NCBI GenBank assembly: GCA_020536535.1
Contig: JAHLWZ010000625.1
Location: forward strand, 20,201-84,200
Direction of reading: 5' to 3'
DNA length: 64,000 bases
Source: Pelomyxa schiedti
Lineage: Eukaryota; Protista; Evosea
Positions 34,595 through 48,123 of the stretch are shown here, one piece after another. Every line of letters starts with the position of its first letter. The first letter of the stretch is position 1. The position numbers and the translations under genes were made by a program. The notes under the pieces were generated by a model that was given only the letters and a program-made list of their open reading frames with translations, made no database searches and had not been told where the DNA came from.

Positions 34595-37041
34595 ATGGAG
34601 CGCATATTCAACCCCCAGAGCATCGCGATCATTGGCGCTTCATCCAAGCCCAACAGCATTGGAAACCTCGTTGTACAAAACCTCATCGACAGCAAGTACG
34701 CCGGAAAGATGTTCCCCATCAACCCCACTGCCCCCGACGTAAGTATTTTTTTTTCACACACAAATCAATTTTCGTTTCCACAATTCCGTGTTTTCCGGAA
34801 AAACCTGGTTTCGTTTTCTGTCTTGACAATCAAAACAGATCAATGGCATTAAGGCGTACCGCACAATTGGCGACGTGCCCCTTGACGAGATCGACCTCGC
34901 GGTCTACACCGTCCCGGCCAAGTTCGTCGTCTCGTGCGCCAAGGAGGCGGCGGCCAAGCGCGTCAAGGGCCACGTGGTGATCACGTCCGGCTTCAGCGAG
35001 GTCGGCAACACGGCGGAGGAGGAGGAGATGGTGCGCATCGCCCGCGCCACCGGCGGCCGCGTCGTCGGGCCCAACATCGTCGGCCTGCTGCTCAACAGCT
35101 GCAACGCCAACGCGTCCTTCGCCCCGTACCTGCCGTACCGCGGCGCCACGGCCCTCGTCTCGCAGTCGGGCGCGCTACTCATCGCGCTCGACGGCACCAC
35201 GTTCCTCAGGCACTTTGGGTGCAGCTCCATGGTCTCGCTGGGAAACATGGCCGACGTCGACTTCGCCGATACCATAAGCTACTTGTCGAGCGACCCGACG
35301 ACGCAGTGCATCGCGCTGTACATCGAGGGCGTGAAGAACGGCAGGGCGTTTATTGAGGCCGGAAGGAACTGCACAAAGCCAATTGTGGCACTCAAGAGCG
35401 GAGTCTCTGCTCACGGAGCTGCGGCCGCTGCTTCTCACACTGGGTCTCTGGCCGGTGCCGTCAAGATTTACGACGCTGCTTTCAATCAGGTTTTTTCCCC
35501 CCTCTTTTTTTTTTTCCCCCCGAATTCAGTACGGAGATGCATGGTGATTTACATAAAATAATGCGGTCTAAATATATTATTTTACTGATTGTGGTTTGTT
35601 AGGCAAAAATCGTAAGAGCAATGGACTTGGAGGAACTACTTGTCGCATCTCAGGCTCTTTCTATGCAGCCACCCATGCATGGAGATAACATACTTGTTAT
35701 CACCAACGGCGGAGGCATTGGTGTTTTATCGGCTGATGCTGCTGAGTTCTGTGGCATTCCCCTCAAGTCTGCACCAAAGGACTTGCAGGTATTCATTACT
35801 TCACTGGTACTTCTTGTTTTAACATCACGTCTTCCAGGACTTGTTGTACAAGTGTATGCCCAGCTTTGGCTCACCCAAGAACCCCGTTGATATCACTGGT
35901 GGTTCTGGTGCTAAGGGCTACGAAGACACAATCACCATTGCCTTGCAGCACGAGTGGGTTCACGGTATCGCTGTTCTGTATTGTGAGACCAGTGTCACGA
36001 ACCCAATGGCAATTTCGGAGTCTATTGAGCGTGCATACAAGGCCTCTCCCATCAAGAAGCCCTTGGTTTGCTGCTACGTCGGTGGTCAGCTCAGTGTTGA
36101 TGCCAGCTACTACCTGATGGATAAGGCTATTCCAGTTTATGCTGACCCCAAGAGCACAATGTCCGCACTGTCTGCCCTCCACAAATATGGACAGTTCCAG
36201 AGCCGACCATACACACCTTTTACTCCATTCCCTGATACCATGACCTCTAAGGAAAGAGCAATGGCCATCATCTCTGGTGCCCGTGCACAGGGAAGAGACT
36301 TGCTTACTGAGCCAGAGTCTAAGGCTGTCTTTGTTGCCTACAACTTGCCTGTTCCCAAGTTCCTGGTTGCTACCTCTGAGGATGACGCTGTCGCCAAGGC
36401 CAATCAAATTGGTTACCCCGTTGTGATGAAGATTGTCTCCCCTCAGGTATAAATTCCCAAAGAATGCATATTCCCACAAACCCTAATTGCTTTGACAGAT
36501 TATCCACAAATCCGATGCCGGAGGTGTAAAGGTCAACGTTCGCGACGACGCCACTGTTCGCCTCTGGTACAACAAGATAAGAGAGAACGCCCTTGCATAC
36601 AACTCGCACGCCGATATCCACGGAATCATAGTATGCAGCATGGCCGACTGGGGAAAGGAAGTCATCGTCGGTTCAGTGAACGACTCCACATTCGGACCCA
36701 CAGTCATGTTTGGAATGGGAGGAATATTCGTCGAGGTGCTCAAGGACGTCACATTCCGCGTTGCTCCCTTCACCGTTGAAGAGGCCCGAGTGATGCTTCC
36801 CGAGATAAAGTGCTACCCAATGCTGAGCGGAGCCCGCGGAGAGAAGCCAAGAGACGTGGAGGCTCTGGCGGTTGCAGTTTCTCGCATATCCCAGATGGTT
36901 CACGACCTCGGCAGTGAGGTTTCTGAGGTTGATGCAAACCCAATCATGGTGTACGAACAGGGCCAGGGCATATTCGTCGTCGACGGCAGAATCATCCTCA
37001 AGTCCACCAAGCCTGTTGCTAAGCCCACTCACGGACACTAA
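34595..37041 (+). CDS. ADP-forming acetyl-CoA synthetase (acetate-CoA ligase, alpha-beta fusion)
   Basis: FNPQSIAIIGAS, ITSGFSEVG, VVGPNIVG, LVSQSGAL, SLGNMADV, AASHTGSLAG (phospho-His), ITNGGG.G, NPVDITG, GYPVVMKIVSPQIIHKSDAGGV, FGMGGIFVEVLKDV, EVDANP. Confidence 0.95.
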
Positions 37042-37093
37042 AAAAACTGCTGTGTTTTCTTCATCTGGTAACAAAAAAAAAAAAAAATACGAA

Positions 37094-38023
37094 ATGGGTA
37101 GTGCCCACAAAGAAGCGGACGTTTCTGATGATAGTAATGACGAAGTTCTAGTGGTTGTTACGTTTTTGGCAGGATGGCACGTAAGGTGTGGTGCAGGGAG
37201 TGTCATGTCGACGTTGGGAGCGCCCCATTGGGTGGGGAGGGAAATTGTGGAGTTCTTGATTGGTAGCTAGTGTGTAATTTTTATTGCGTTGGCACTCGTG
37301 GCCATCGGTCTCATCCTCTTGTTTGAATAGCAGGTGTGGTGGCACACTATTCACTGGGAATGGGAAAGTGGAGGACAATTGGCGCTATTTCCACTCAGGG
37401 GGATACAATTTCTTGGATACTACCTGTTGGGTGTGGAAACAGCGTTCTAGGGAGGATTGCTTGGTTGGAACCTTCTCTTCAGACAGTGGCACGCTTTACA
37501 GGGCGAGTCTCTTGGGGTTTTCAAGTGTCAGTCTTACCTCGCTATGGGTGCCAGGTCTTCAGTAATTACCATACCTGGTTTTCATTCATTACAGGAAGGA
37601 TTTGGGGCGAGTTCGAGTTTGATTGGACTTGACCTAGAAAATACCGTTAACCTTGGCGGGGGCTACTTTCCCGTAACATGGCCAACTCTTTGTAAAGAAA
37701 GGGGAGCAAAGTCATTTGGTGTCTCTCTTACAGGATCAATAGAAAACCGCGTGCTAGGTAACCGGGTAGATACCCCGGGCTCTACACCCCCCAAATCCAT
37801 GAATGCCAAGCAGGATGACCTGTTTTCATTTTTCCTCCACTTTGCACCTGACCAACAGCATGCAACTGTGCACGTGTTTCTCAACTCAGAGCCACTCTTC
37901 ACACTGCAAGATGTTGACACATCGCTACCACTCTACCCTACTGTCAACATCTGCTGTGCACAGACATCTCACAACTTTGTGAGGAATCCACCAGTCCCTC
38001 CTTCTCTCAGAGGGCAATGGTAA
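37094..38023 (+). CDS. SPRY-like domain protein carrying the family N-terminal HVRCG motif
   Basis: N-terminal TFLAGWHVRCGAGS motif; C-terminal SPRY-like HVFLNSEPLF...LPLYPTVNI. Confidence 0.6.
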
Positions 38024-38157
38024 CTTCATTTCACCAAAACCGGCTTTTTCGAGTTTTCTCTGTTTCCGCGATTCTTCCGCAAATCAACACCAGCAAGGAG
38101 ACCACCATTAGAAGAAACCCCAACGCCTAATTAAAAAAGTAAAACTTCGAGGAGTAA

Positions 38158-41100
38158 ATGGGAGGAGATACCTACGAGCCACCCCCGGATCCTTTTGTTC
38201 TAACAGAGGAGCAAAAAACGGTGAGCGCAAAGTGTTGTAACCAATGATAGTATTAAAATGTGAGTAGGAATTGCTTGCTGCCACCAAGATCGCAGGCTGT
38301 CATGCCGATTTGCTCCCGCATCGTATGATGCCTTGCAATCATAAAAACCCGGTAGTAATTGGTGTGTACCAAAACGACTGTGATCGCCACCTAACTTGGA
38401 ACAAAAAAACAAACAGGACTGGACGTTACTGGCTCCCAGCAACGAGTTTACGCGTAAGTTGCCTTTCGTTCACCTTCATCGTTTACTTACTTGTTGCAGA
38501 TATATCCTTGGTAAATGCAACGTTATTCAAAAAAAAAAATAAGAACGTACTGTTTACAAGCAAATAAACTAACTCTGACACTGTGTCATCGGAATAGCGC
38601 GCCTACCAGAGATTGGTAAAAATACATTAATTGGTTTCTAGAGTGTGCTCACTATCTATCAGTTCATTCAATATTCAGAACCCTGGATGACTGTGCCATC
38701 AGCCTTGCTTTCATTGGGGATGCAAGTGTTGACCCAAGAGCGCCTCTTCAGGGTCAGTGTTAGCACATAAAACATTTTAAATAACAGTAATTTTAGTCAC
38801 GCCATTTTGCACAACTTTGGAAGAACTGCAGAGCTTTGTTTTAAAGTTATCACTTGAACAAAACTCAGCACTTGTTTACCGTAAGTTTCCATTTTACATA
38901 GCAAATTTCTAACTTCTCTTTTCTATTTGACAGCTGCGAGACCTGGCGGAAATAACGGCGTAGAAAGCTATGATCTGTGTGCGCTGCACTATGCACTGAG
39001 ATCCCAGCTAAGTCACAAAGGCTTATTCATCATTGTAGGGGATGAACTTATTCCTGACAGGACAGAAGAATACAGTATCTCACGAGGTAAGTTTATGTAC
39101 TAGAAAAAATTCTTTCCGCTAAATCCCCTAGTTCTCGATCTACGTGGTGAAACATCAAAAATTCCACCTCAAATTTTTAAGAGTCTCAAGCGGTTCTATC
39201 ATCCCATTTTCATCCACTCTGATTATGGGTATCCCGTGCACTCCGTTGTTCATTGTTACTATGAAAATGACACCGTCTCAAGAAAGTATCAGCAGTACGT
39301 TATTTTTTCTATCATTTACTCTTTTGTAAGGTACTATACAAACGTTGAAGCCCAATGGCAATCCCTTGTTGGACCAGAGTGTGTAACTCAAGCCAATACA
39401 CCACATGAAGTTCTCCTGCAAATCATTTCAGCAGTAGAGAGTTGGTCTAGACGTAAAGCAGCTGGGATTGCGGATGTAATTGAAACCCCGCAACAAAGTC
39501 GCATCTCCAAAATGCCAGAATCTACTTCTTCAGGAAAAAGCAGCCGTGTTGAGTGGATACCACTTGTATCACGAGCGGTTTGGATTGTCTTGAAGAGAGA
39601 GTTTTCTGTGGAACTATCCGCCAAGAGGTGGGCACATAGCGATAGTTCAGCTGATGAAAGTGATTTAGTTCTCGTATCTGCCGGGGAAGCAGTCTTTCCC
39701 CTTCGCGCTTGTGTCGGAAAACTTTTGGTTTGGTTCTTCTCTTCATTCTCCCAGTATCTCAACACAGAACAAAGAAATCCCTGTGTGGAGTTACCCTTTA
39801 TATATTAAAGTGCTGCGTTATAAAAGATGCGCCACGGCTGGCACAGTGGTACTGTGACTACTATGGAGTGACGAAGTCAAAGGATCCTTTTTATTCCTTG
39901 ATCAATACACCCAAAAGGAACAGTTTGCCATATTACACTTTGTTTGCAATTCTTGGGAATGCAGATACTCCAAGCAAAGTTGAACTTGTGGATTGGATTG
40001 TAAAATACTTCCAAATTCCCTTACCTTTGCTCTCTTGTACTATTCAAAAGTGCATGAAATTGGCTTCTTCAAGCAAATCTTATGACCTTTTGATGGCGCA
40101 TTTCAGCCCCACTCTTCGCTCCGAGTACAGGAAGGCTGAAAGGCAATCGGAGTTTGTGAGTCTTTCTGCGCTGACTGATTGTCTTGAGACTAAGACGTTG
40201 AATGGCAGAGAGATAGAAATTTTCACTGAGCTGTTTGACGTTTTTCCGATGGCAGAGTTTGAGAAGACCAACTACATCCTTCCAGAAACCCGCAAACACG
40301 ACACAGCAGACTTCCTGGAGTGGATTTTGCCGCAAACCAAACTTACAGAAGAAAAGGCACGTGAAATAATTCGGTATATGGAATGCAACCGATCCGTGGA
40401 GTTACTGCTCCCTTATGCTCACCTCGAGGCTAGCCCACCTACCCTGAACACGCTATTAGAAAATCTGATAAAACGTGATCAGATAGAGTTTGCAAAAAAC
40501 CTCTGGATATCATGCGGCTCACCACCCGTGCCATCAAGCCTGCTTAACGGTCACGATTACTCCCTGATTCGGCAAACTGTTGAAGCTTTTCCACCTCTTG
40601 TTCCATTCATGGCGTCGCATGCTCGTTACATTGCTGTCGATCTCTGGCTGCATCAAAAACCTGGATTCAGGGACACCCTCAAGTGGTTGTTGGACCAGGT
40701 TTCCATCCCATCAGATTTGCGCTACGACGTCATGCAGTCCTTGGCAGCGTATACCGGATCTGTAGAGGGTTTGGAGTGGGCCTTCAATACAGTTGGTCCT
40801 GAGCTCAGGACAGCTAATGTGGAGTCTGACAATGCTGCTATGATCAAGGCAATATTCCATTACGTTATGAGATATAGTTGGAATCACAAACAAGAAGTGT
40901 CAGTGCTGAATTGGCTAGAGAGTAAAGTCGGAAAGATTCCACAGGAAGCAACAACCTCATACCTAGCCACCTATATTCATTCTGCTATGGGAGGTAGGCG
41001 ACTTGATCTTTTGAACTGGATTTTTGGCCGCTTTGAAGTCGCAGTGAAAGATATCACTGACCGCATACAGCCCCTTTTGGACACATGCTGTGACATATGT

Positions 41101-41609
41101 GTCGGTACAGTGGAAGGAACTCAATGGATGATAGACCACTTCCCTGATAGAGACATCCTGCTGAAGGTTATTCAAATTCCATTTACCAATTTCGATGCCA
41201 CCTCTAAAATACAACAAAAAGATGCTTGTCTCAGCACTTGGCAAAAAAGTCAACAGAGTGACCTACGAACTAATTAAATCACACATGTCACCACCACCAA
41301 CGTTGGAAGAACGGAGGTCCAAACGGTGCTCTTGGGACCCTCCATATTTCTATTATGGGCTCAGCAGTATCCCCCACATCAAGTGGCTAGTAGAGGAGTG
41401 CGCAATCACGAGGGGAGATCTGGTGGAAGGCAAACTTCTAACTGTTATGGACCCATCATATGTAGTGTTTCTTCACCACTAGTTACACCACTAACAAGCT
41501 TTTCTTATAGGAGGATTACACAGCTGTACTGCTGAAGAACATTGCCGAAACAAACCCATTGGCTGCCCAGTGGTTCTATGATAAATTTGGCATAGCGTTC
41601 CCGTTTTAA
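38158..41609 (+). CDS. vWA-domain protein fused to an ankyrin-like helical repeat family module
   Basis: Spliced vWA: VIGLDVTGS, ISLAFIGDA..D..APLQV, GGNNGVESYDL, KGLFIIVGDE. Then the VSRAVW...GEAVFPL family motif and helical repeats. Includes an 11-nt micro-exon at 38500-38510. Confidence 0.7.
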
Positions 41610-41841
41610 TGCATAAAAATATTCCAATCCCTAGTCGTTCTGCCTTCATTTGTTTTCTTTTTCGTCTTTCCAGACTTAGATGGGGTGCCTACGTTGGCAC
41701 GACGTCGGCCAAACAAAAAAAAGGAAAAAGAAAAAATTGATCCGAGAAGGAAGGAAAAAATCTGGGCAGTATTTCCCTGCTGTTCTGTCTCCATCGAAGA
41801 GAAAGCATAAATACTGATAAATAATCACCTACGTACACGAC

Positions 41842-43853
41842 ATGCATCTGCAAAAGCGACACACTCACGCACCGGGGCCAGTAACATCTGCGGTTGGTGT
41901 TGTTGGTGAAGTGAATACCTTCGTCGGCGTTGGTGGCGACCCGTCTTTGTCGTACCAGGGCGGCGTTGTTGACCAACAACAAGCGGGAATTGGCATGGGA
42001 ATGGGAATACCTTACGGCGACCCTCAGTTCGATTTCCTGCTCGGTTTCGATTCCTCCTCGCAACAGCAACCCCTTCCTCTGGGTCTCTCACCAGGGACGC
42101 CACAACCTTTCGGGTCACCCTTACCTCTTTCGTCTGTGGGTTCCCCTACACAGCAAAATTTCATTCCTCAACAAAAGCAGCAGCAACATGAGTACCAAAA
42201 TAGCCAAGTATTACCGCTCCCTTTGGACGGAGAGTCCACTTCCCCCAGCTCTTCGAATGTGTCAACACCCGCCAATGGGACATCGGCTTGCAACACACCG
42301 AATGGAGCACAGCAAACTGATCAGTCACCTTTCTATCCTGACCCTGCTGGCATCGTGTCCAATATGCAAGGCGGTGAGACTTGGTTTGAGCCACAGCAAG
42401 ACTTCAGTGGACAACAATCCCTTCCTCAAAACGTCATTAACCAACAAATTCCGACAATGCAGTACCAGTTGCAACCACAGTACCAACTACCAGTTCCTGT
42501 GCTCCCGCAGAACTTGCATCCTTTCCCACAACCACCTCAAATTCAGTATCCTGTTCTACCACCTGCCGAAAATCCTCCAAGTGAAGTAAGCAATTATTTT
42601 ACATCCATATTATACTAAATCGAATAGAGATCACGGAAGCGCAGCAGGGTAGACCGTAACACCACGGATGCAGCTCTCACCATTCCGCCGGCTACAATCT
42701 CTAACAACTCCAATCAACCCCAGAGTTGCGTGCACCTTTTTACACCACCAGCCCTCAGCACACCTGCTCCCTCTCCCACAGTACTTCCGTTTCCACTCCA
42801 AATTCAACAGCCGTATCAACCTGGCACAGCACCCACCCCAACACCTGTAACCCCCATATTACCACAGACCTTCACTATACAGACAGAAGAAGATCTCACC
42901 CGGTTGAACAGCACACAAATCGAGGCATACATCAATGCTCTGAAACAAAGTGGCACTCTGGACCCTTCCCTGGAGCGCCGGTTGAGAAAAGCAAGGAGGT
43001 TTACTTCTACCACCATTTTTACCACGCTAAAACCAGAAAACCAATAGAGCAATAAAAAATCGCGAATACGCGCAGCAATCCCGCAACAAGAAAAAAGCAG
43101 CACAAGGCAACCTGGAATTGGAACTGAAACAAGCTCAGGCTGAGAATGCTACCCTGCGCAGTCTTAATGACCAATTAGAGACCGAAAACTCGAGGCTTAA
43201 GGCTCAGGTTTTTCTTTCCCTTTTTTAAACATGTTTCACGAACCCAACACCTTAAACAACAGTTGGAACACCTTACAGCTCTCGTTTCTCATCTCAACGC
43301 CACTGGAAGATCGGCGCACCCCAAGCCAAATCCGTCAACTCCTCAATTTCAAAAGTACATTTCTATTAATGCACCTGAAGTACTTAACAAAATTAAGGGC
43401 ACCTGTGTCGGTTGCTGCTTGCATTCTATCAGTTTTGTTCTTTGCAGTACTTGTTCACTTCCAAAGTCCTCAAATGGATCAAGACAAACAGTTGGCACTC
43501 AGTGGACATGTTTTATCGTAAGCTTTCCTTTTATTCAGTAGAAGTTTTAACACTTTTCCTGTAGGCCGCCTTCTGTAAGGACTCTTATGGAGGAAGGGCT
43601 GTCCCACCCACAGCACAGCATGTGGTGGGTGTCACATAGTCTATGGTGGCTTGTACCGGAACCCTTCCACATCAACGACGGAGCTCTGTCCTCCTGTGAG
43701 GACTCCATTTCCCCCGAGATACTTGCCAACTACACAGAGCGACTGGCCTGCCGCTGTCACAACTGTGCCTGCTGTGTTGACCCCATTATGTTTGGTACTC
43801 CACATGACACTGGTGGCTATCACGCGTGGGGCTCTGGGCGCCGTGGTGCCTGA
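41842..43853 (+). CDS. Membrane-tethered bZIP transcription factor (ATF6/CREB3-like architecture)
   Basis: Q/P-rich N-terminus; basic region RKARRAIKNREYAQQSRNKKK; zipper LELELKQAQAENATLRSLNDQLETENSRLKAQL; hydrophobic VAACILSVLFFAVLVHF. Confidence 0.8.
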
Positions 43854-44132
43854 ATCCATTGAATACCTTTTTGTCTACTACTGTATTGTTAACATGTAGC
43901 AAACCCTATCCCTTCTTTTCCTTTCCCTTGTGTTCAAAGATCGTGGCGCTCACTTTCCTTACGCTAAAATTTGGCACTTCCACAAAATCCGTTCATCGGT
44001 TTGTTTTTGTTTTTTTTTTGTGATAATACAAGAGGAAAAACCAAACAACGTAAAAAACCAATCGAGCGCAACGTGTTAGTACCGCCAGCCTCCTCCTCGT
44101 AACCAAAAACTATTTAAAAAAAAAACACCACA

Positions 44133-47100
44133 ATGAGCGGGGAAGAGAAGCACAAGTCGTCCAAGCACAGGCGCGAAAAGGAGGCAGCTCAGGCCGAAGA
44201 GGAAACAGAAACAGCAACTGCTGAAGCTACCACAGAACAAGATGATGTCACTGCAACCACCTCGGAACACAAGCACAAACACAGGCACCGCCACGAGAAG
44301 TCGGCAGAAGAGGAGACAGCGGCAGCCGCTGAAACCACAGCGGCCGCGGCCGAACCCGAGCCCGAGCCAGCACCCACCAAAACCGAGACGGAAACCGAAC
44401 CCGCGGCCGAGGAAGCCCCGGCGCCCAAGCGCAAGCACAAGCACCGCCACCACGACGACGAAGGCGCCGAGATGACGTCCACGTCCACTACGGCGTCGAG
44501 CAGCACCAAAGCCACGTCGACGATGCTTCCCCTGGGTGACACCGTAACCACCACTCTCAAGTTGGCGTACCAGCAGCCCGTATGTACGGGTTTGCTCGTC
44601 GACCTCGTCGGTTCATTGGGCTCTCCTTCTAGTAGTTCGACTACTACTACTTCTGCTGCTGCTACTTCTACTACCACTAGCACTAGCACTACCGCGTCCG
44701 CGTCGGCTTCGGTTTTGGCTACGTCCCCGGATGGCCTTTTGAGTGCTTCGCCGGGCGTTTTGAAGTGCTCGTCGCCGGGGCTTGTTGTGGGGCCAAAGCC
44801 AGCGGAGGAGCAGTTAGCGAAATTGCTGGCTGGAGTGAAGGTAAAGTTCGTAAGGCCGGAGAAGAGGAACAAGGCGGCTGTGAAGCCGATGAAGCTAGCA
44901 CAATGTGGCACAGCACAGTTTACTCTGATTTTGGGAAAAACTACGCATAGTATTCATTTCAGCTTATCGAATGTTTGGCTCCAATAACCTTTTTTTTTTT
45001 TTTTTTACAGTACCATTGAATATCGTTGGTGAAATTATGAAGGGTCAAAAAAGCGCAGTTTTCGAGCACGCCAATGCTTTGCATGCTATTCCACCAGACT
45101 CGGTGTGTTTCTTACATTTCATTTCTTCGTCTCTCACTATCTCTACAGGCCAATCTATCTTTCACAATCATATACAACAACTCTAAGGTTCTATCAACAG
45201 CCGATATCATTATGCCTGATGCTGAGTCGTACGACTTGTGGACAAATGCCTTGATTTATCTCGTTAGTCAAGAGAAAATAGGCAACCCAGAACTGAGGTC
45301 ATAATGATCGACGTCATTCACAAAAAAATTAAAACCGTATTCCTCCAGCTTCTATTCCCGTGTCTGGGGTGCTGTGAATAGTGGAGCTTTGTCCCCAAAG
45401 CAACTTTTCTCTGTGCTTCACAAGCTTAATTTTGATGCACCCCTTTCTTCAGTGAAAACTAAATTCAAAGTACCTGATATTCTCTTCTTTCAACGCTCAC
45501 ATGCCATCCAAGGAGTTCGACACTGACCATAATGGGCACATGGACTTCAATGAATTTTTGAATCTCATGCACGCACTTAGGGCTCGTCCAGAGATCCCTG
45601 CCATTCTTCAAGCACACTCAAATGGCAAAACAGATCTTCTTCCTAACGAGTTACAACACTTCCTCCTTACCGAACAGAAAGTGAGTTGCTAGGTGAAAAT
45701 TCGAGGATAAGTAATTGTACCCTAGGAATCACTTAGTGTTGAAGATTGCACGGAACTCATAAAGCTGTGGGGACCCCCAGGTGCCACTTCAATGAACATT
45801 GAATCTTTCGAGGCCTTCCTTACATCTCCTCAGAATGACGTCTTCAATCCCTTACTTTCCCAGTGAGTAGTTCCTGTGCAAGTAATTTCAACTGTTTTAT
45901 CTTTTCCAAGATCACACCAAGACATGAGCAAGCCTCTGTCTCAGTATTGGATTGCTAGTTCACATGTAAGAACATCATTCTGCCTCATCATTTTCTCTAA
46001 TCTGCGATAAGAATACATACATATTAGGAGACCAACTCAGAGGCCGAGCTTCTGTTGAAGCTTATATAAAATGCCTCAAAAAAGGCTGCAAGTGTATCGA
46101 AAGTACGGCCAACTGTTTGTTACTTAATGTCACACGATTTACATTTTCTAGTCGATGTTTGGGATGGTGAGGATGGTAATCCAATTGTAACACATGGTCA
46201 CACTCTGATGAAGCCAATCAAGGTTCAATTAAAAGGAATTTTTTGTAACTTATTTCTGGTCAGTTTGAAAATGTAATCAAAGTCGTTAACGAATATGCCT
46301 TCTTTGTATCACAGTATGTAATACAATCTCTTCCCCAAGTTGAGTGTGCAATAGATACCCAGTGACTCTATCCCTTGAGATACACACTTCGACGGAACAG
46401 CAAGTTAAAATGGCAGAAATTCTTAGAGGAGTTCTTGGGGGTAGCCACCTTCAAATTTCCTTCTACACCCGCCTTTTGCTTTTCCTCGAGTAGTAACTTA
46501 TCTTCTTTAGATAAAATCGGCCTAAGGCCAGCATCTCTTGGAGAGGCCCTTCCATCCCCGGGCGATTTGCTAAATAAAATTCTGGTAAGCTCCTCCAATG
46601 ATTTTCCTTGCTGACTTTGCCAAGATAAAAGGACGTGTGTTGCCACCAGACGAGGCATTAGCCAAGATAGCTGAGAAGTAAGTGCCTCATAAAATCGTTG
46701 TACATACCTTACTTCAAAACAGCAAGAAAAAAGCTGAGGAGGAAGAAAGGAAAGCCAAATCAGGAAGCAGGTAAACCCTTTCATCTCATTCTCGTCTCTT
46801 ATCTATCCCAGCAAAGGAGACAAAAAAGCCCCCAAGGGAGAGTAAGTAGATTGGCGCTCAACATTGCCATTTAACTGTTGTTTAAGTAAAAAAGCTAAAA
46901 AATCCCATGCTCTGGCGCCGGAGCTCTCTAATGTCACATTTTTCAAGTCGGGTTCAATCCCTGACTTGGAGGCAGCAATCAGTTCATACTTTTCCTTTCC
47001 TCTCATACCTTCTTAAAATTGTACAGCTACATGCTCTCCTTATGACATGTGTTCCTTCAGTGAATTGAAAGTTGCTAAGTTGACCACCTCTATGCCAGAC

Positions 47101-48123
47101 ACTGTTCTACGGTAGTGCTTTGACTTTGTTTGATTTATTTAACTTCTCTCAGATTCACTCATCAACATCTTCTACGCACATACCCCAAGGGCACAAGAGT
47201 GAACTCATCGAATTATGACCCAATCCCGTGCTGGAATCTCGGAGCCAATTTTGTTGCCTTGGTAATGTTAATGTTTTTTTTTGACTACCTAACAACATAC
47301 TCAAAAGAATTATCAAACTAGTTCAGAACCCGTATGTATCCTTGAAGTTTAAGTAAACTAATTTGGTGATGGGTGCAGATGTGGTTGAATACTGCCAAAT
47401 TCCGAGAGAATAGTACGGCCGGTTATCTACTTAAACCGCTTTACATGCGCGAAACCATGGGCTTCACACCACAGACTCCACTTAAGACGACTCGTTTTAC
47501 AAACCTTGTCGTTAGAGTAAGTTCCGCTCTTTTCCCCAGTTTACAGTAATTGTTAATGCAGGTTCTGAGTGCCAGACAGCTACCCAAGTATTCTGGGTCT
47601 GCAAAGGTTGATCATAATTGTTCATTACTTTCAATTCCAACTTGTCTGTCAATAAGGGTGAAGTAATTGACCCGTTTGTTGTGTTGAGCATTTGCGGTGT
47701 TCCTCAAGATAGTGCAGAGAAGAAAACCAAAACAATAAGTATGAAACAGTACATTTGTTACGCAATCTTAACCAGATTTCAGTGAATAATGGATTCAGTC
47801 CTTCGTGGGAAGAAACCTTTGAATTCCCTCTGACAGCCCCAGAACTAGACATTTTGCTTATCAAGGTTGAAGACTGGGACCAAGTTGGCCGCCCCAATAA
47901 GTATCTCCCCGTTACCCCAAACAAACTGTATTCATTCTATTACAGAGTGGCACACTATGCCGTACCAGTTCACTGTATAAGGTATTCTTTATCACTGAAG
48001 AAAATTCTATCACGCAAATAAAAATTTTTCCCTAGGCCTGGATATCGCTGTGTACCACTATTTGACAACACAGACACACCAACACCCCTCAGTAACTTAT
48101 TCTGCCACTTCTCCTTCTCCTAA
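44133..48123 (+). CDS. Phosphoinositide-specific phospholipase C (PH-EF-X-Y-C2, delta-like)
   Basis: [71 protein letters not shown]2 [23 protein letters not shown]. Confidence 0.93.

Noticed and set aside
38502-38509. Perfect U12 donor ATATCCTT
   Set aside because: It lies inside an AG/GT-bounded micro-exon that encodes sensible vWA sequence, and no convincing U12 branch site follows.
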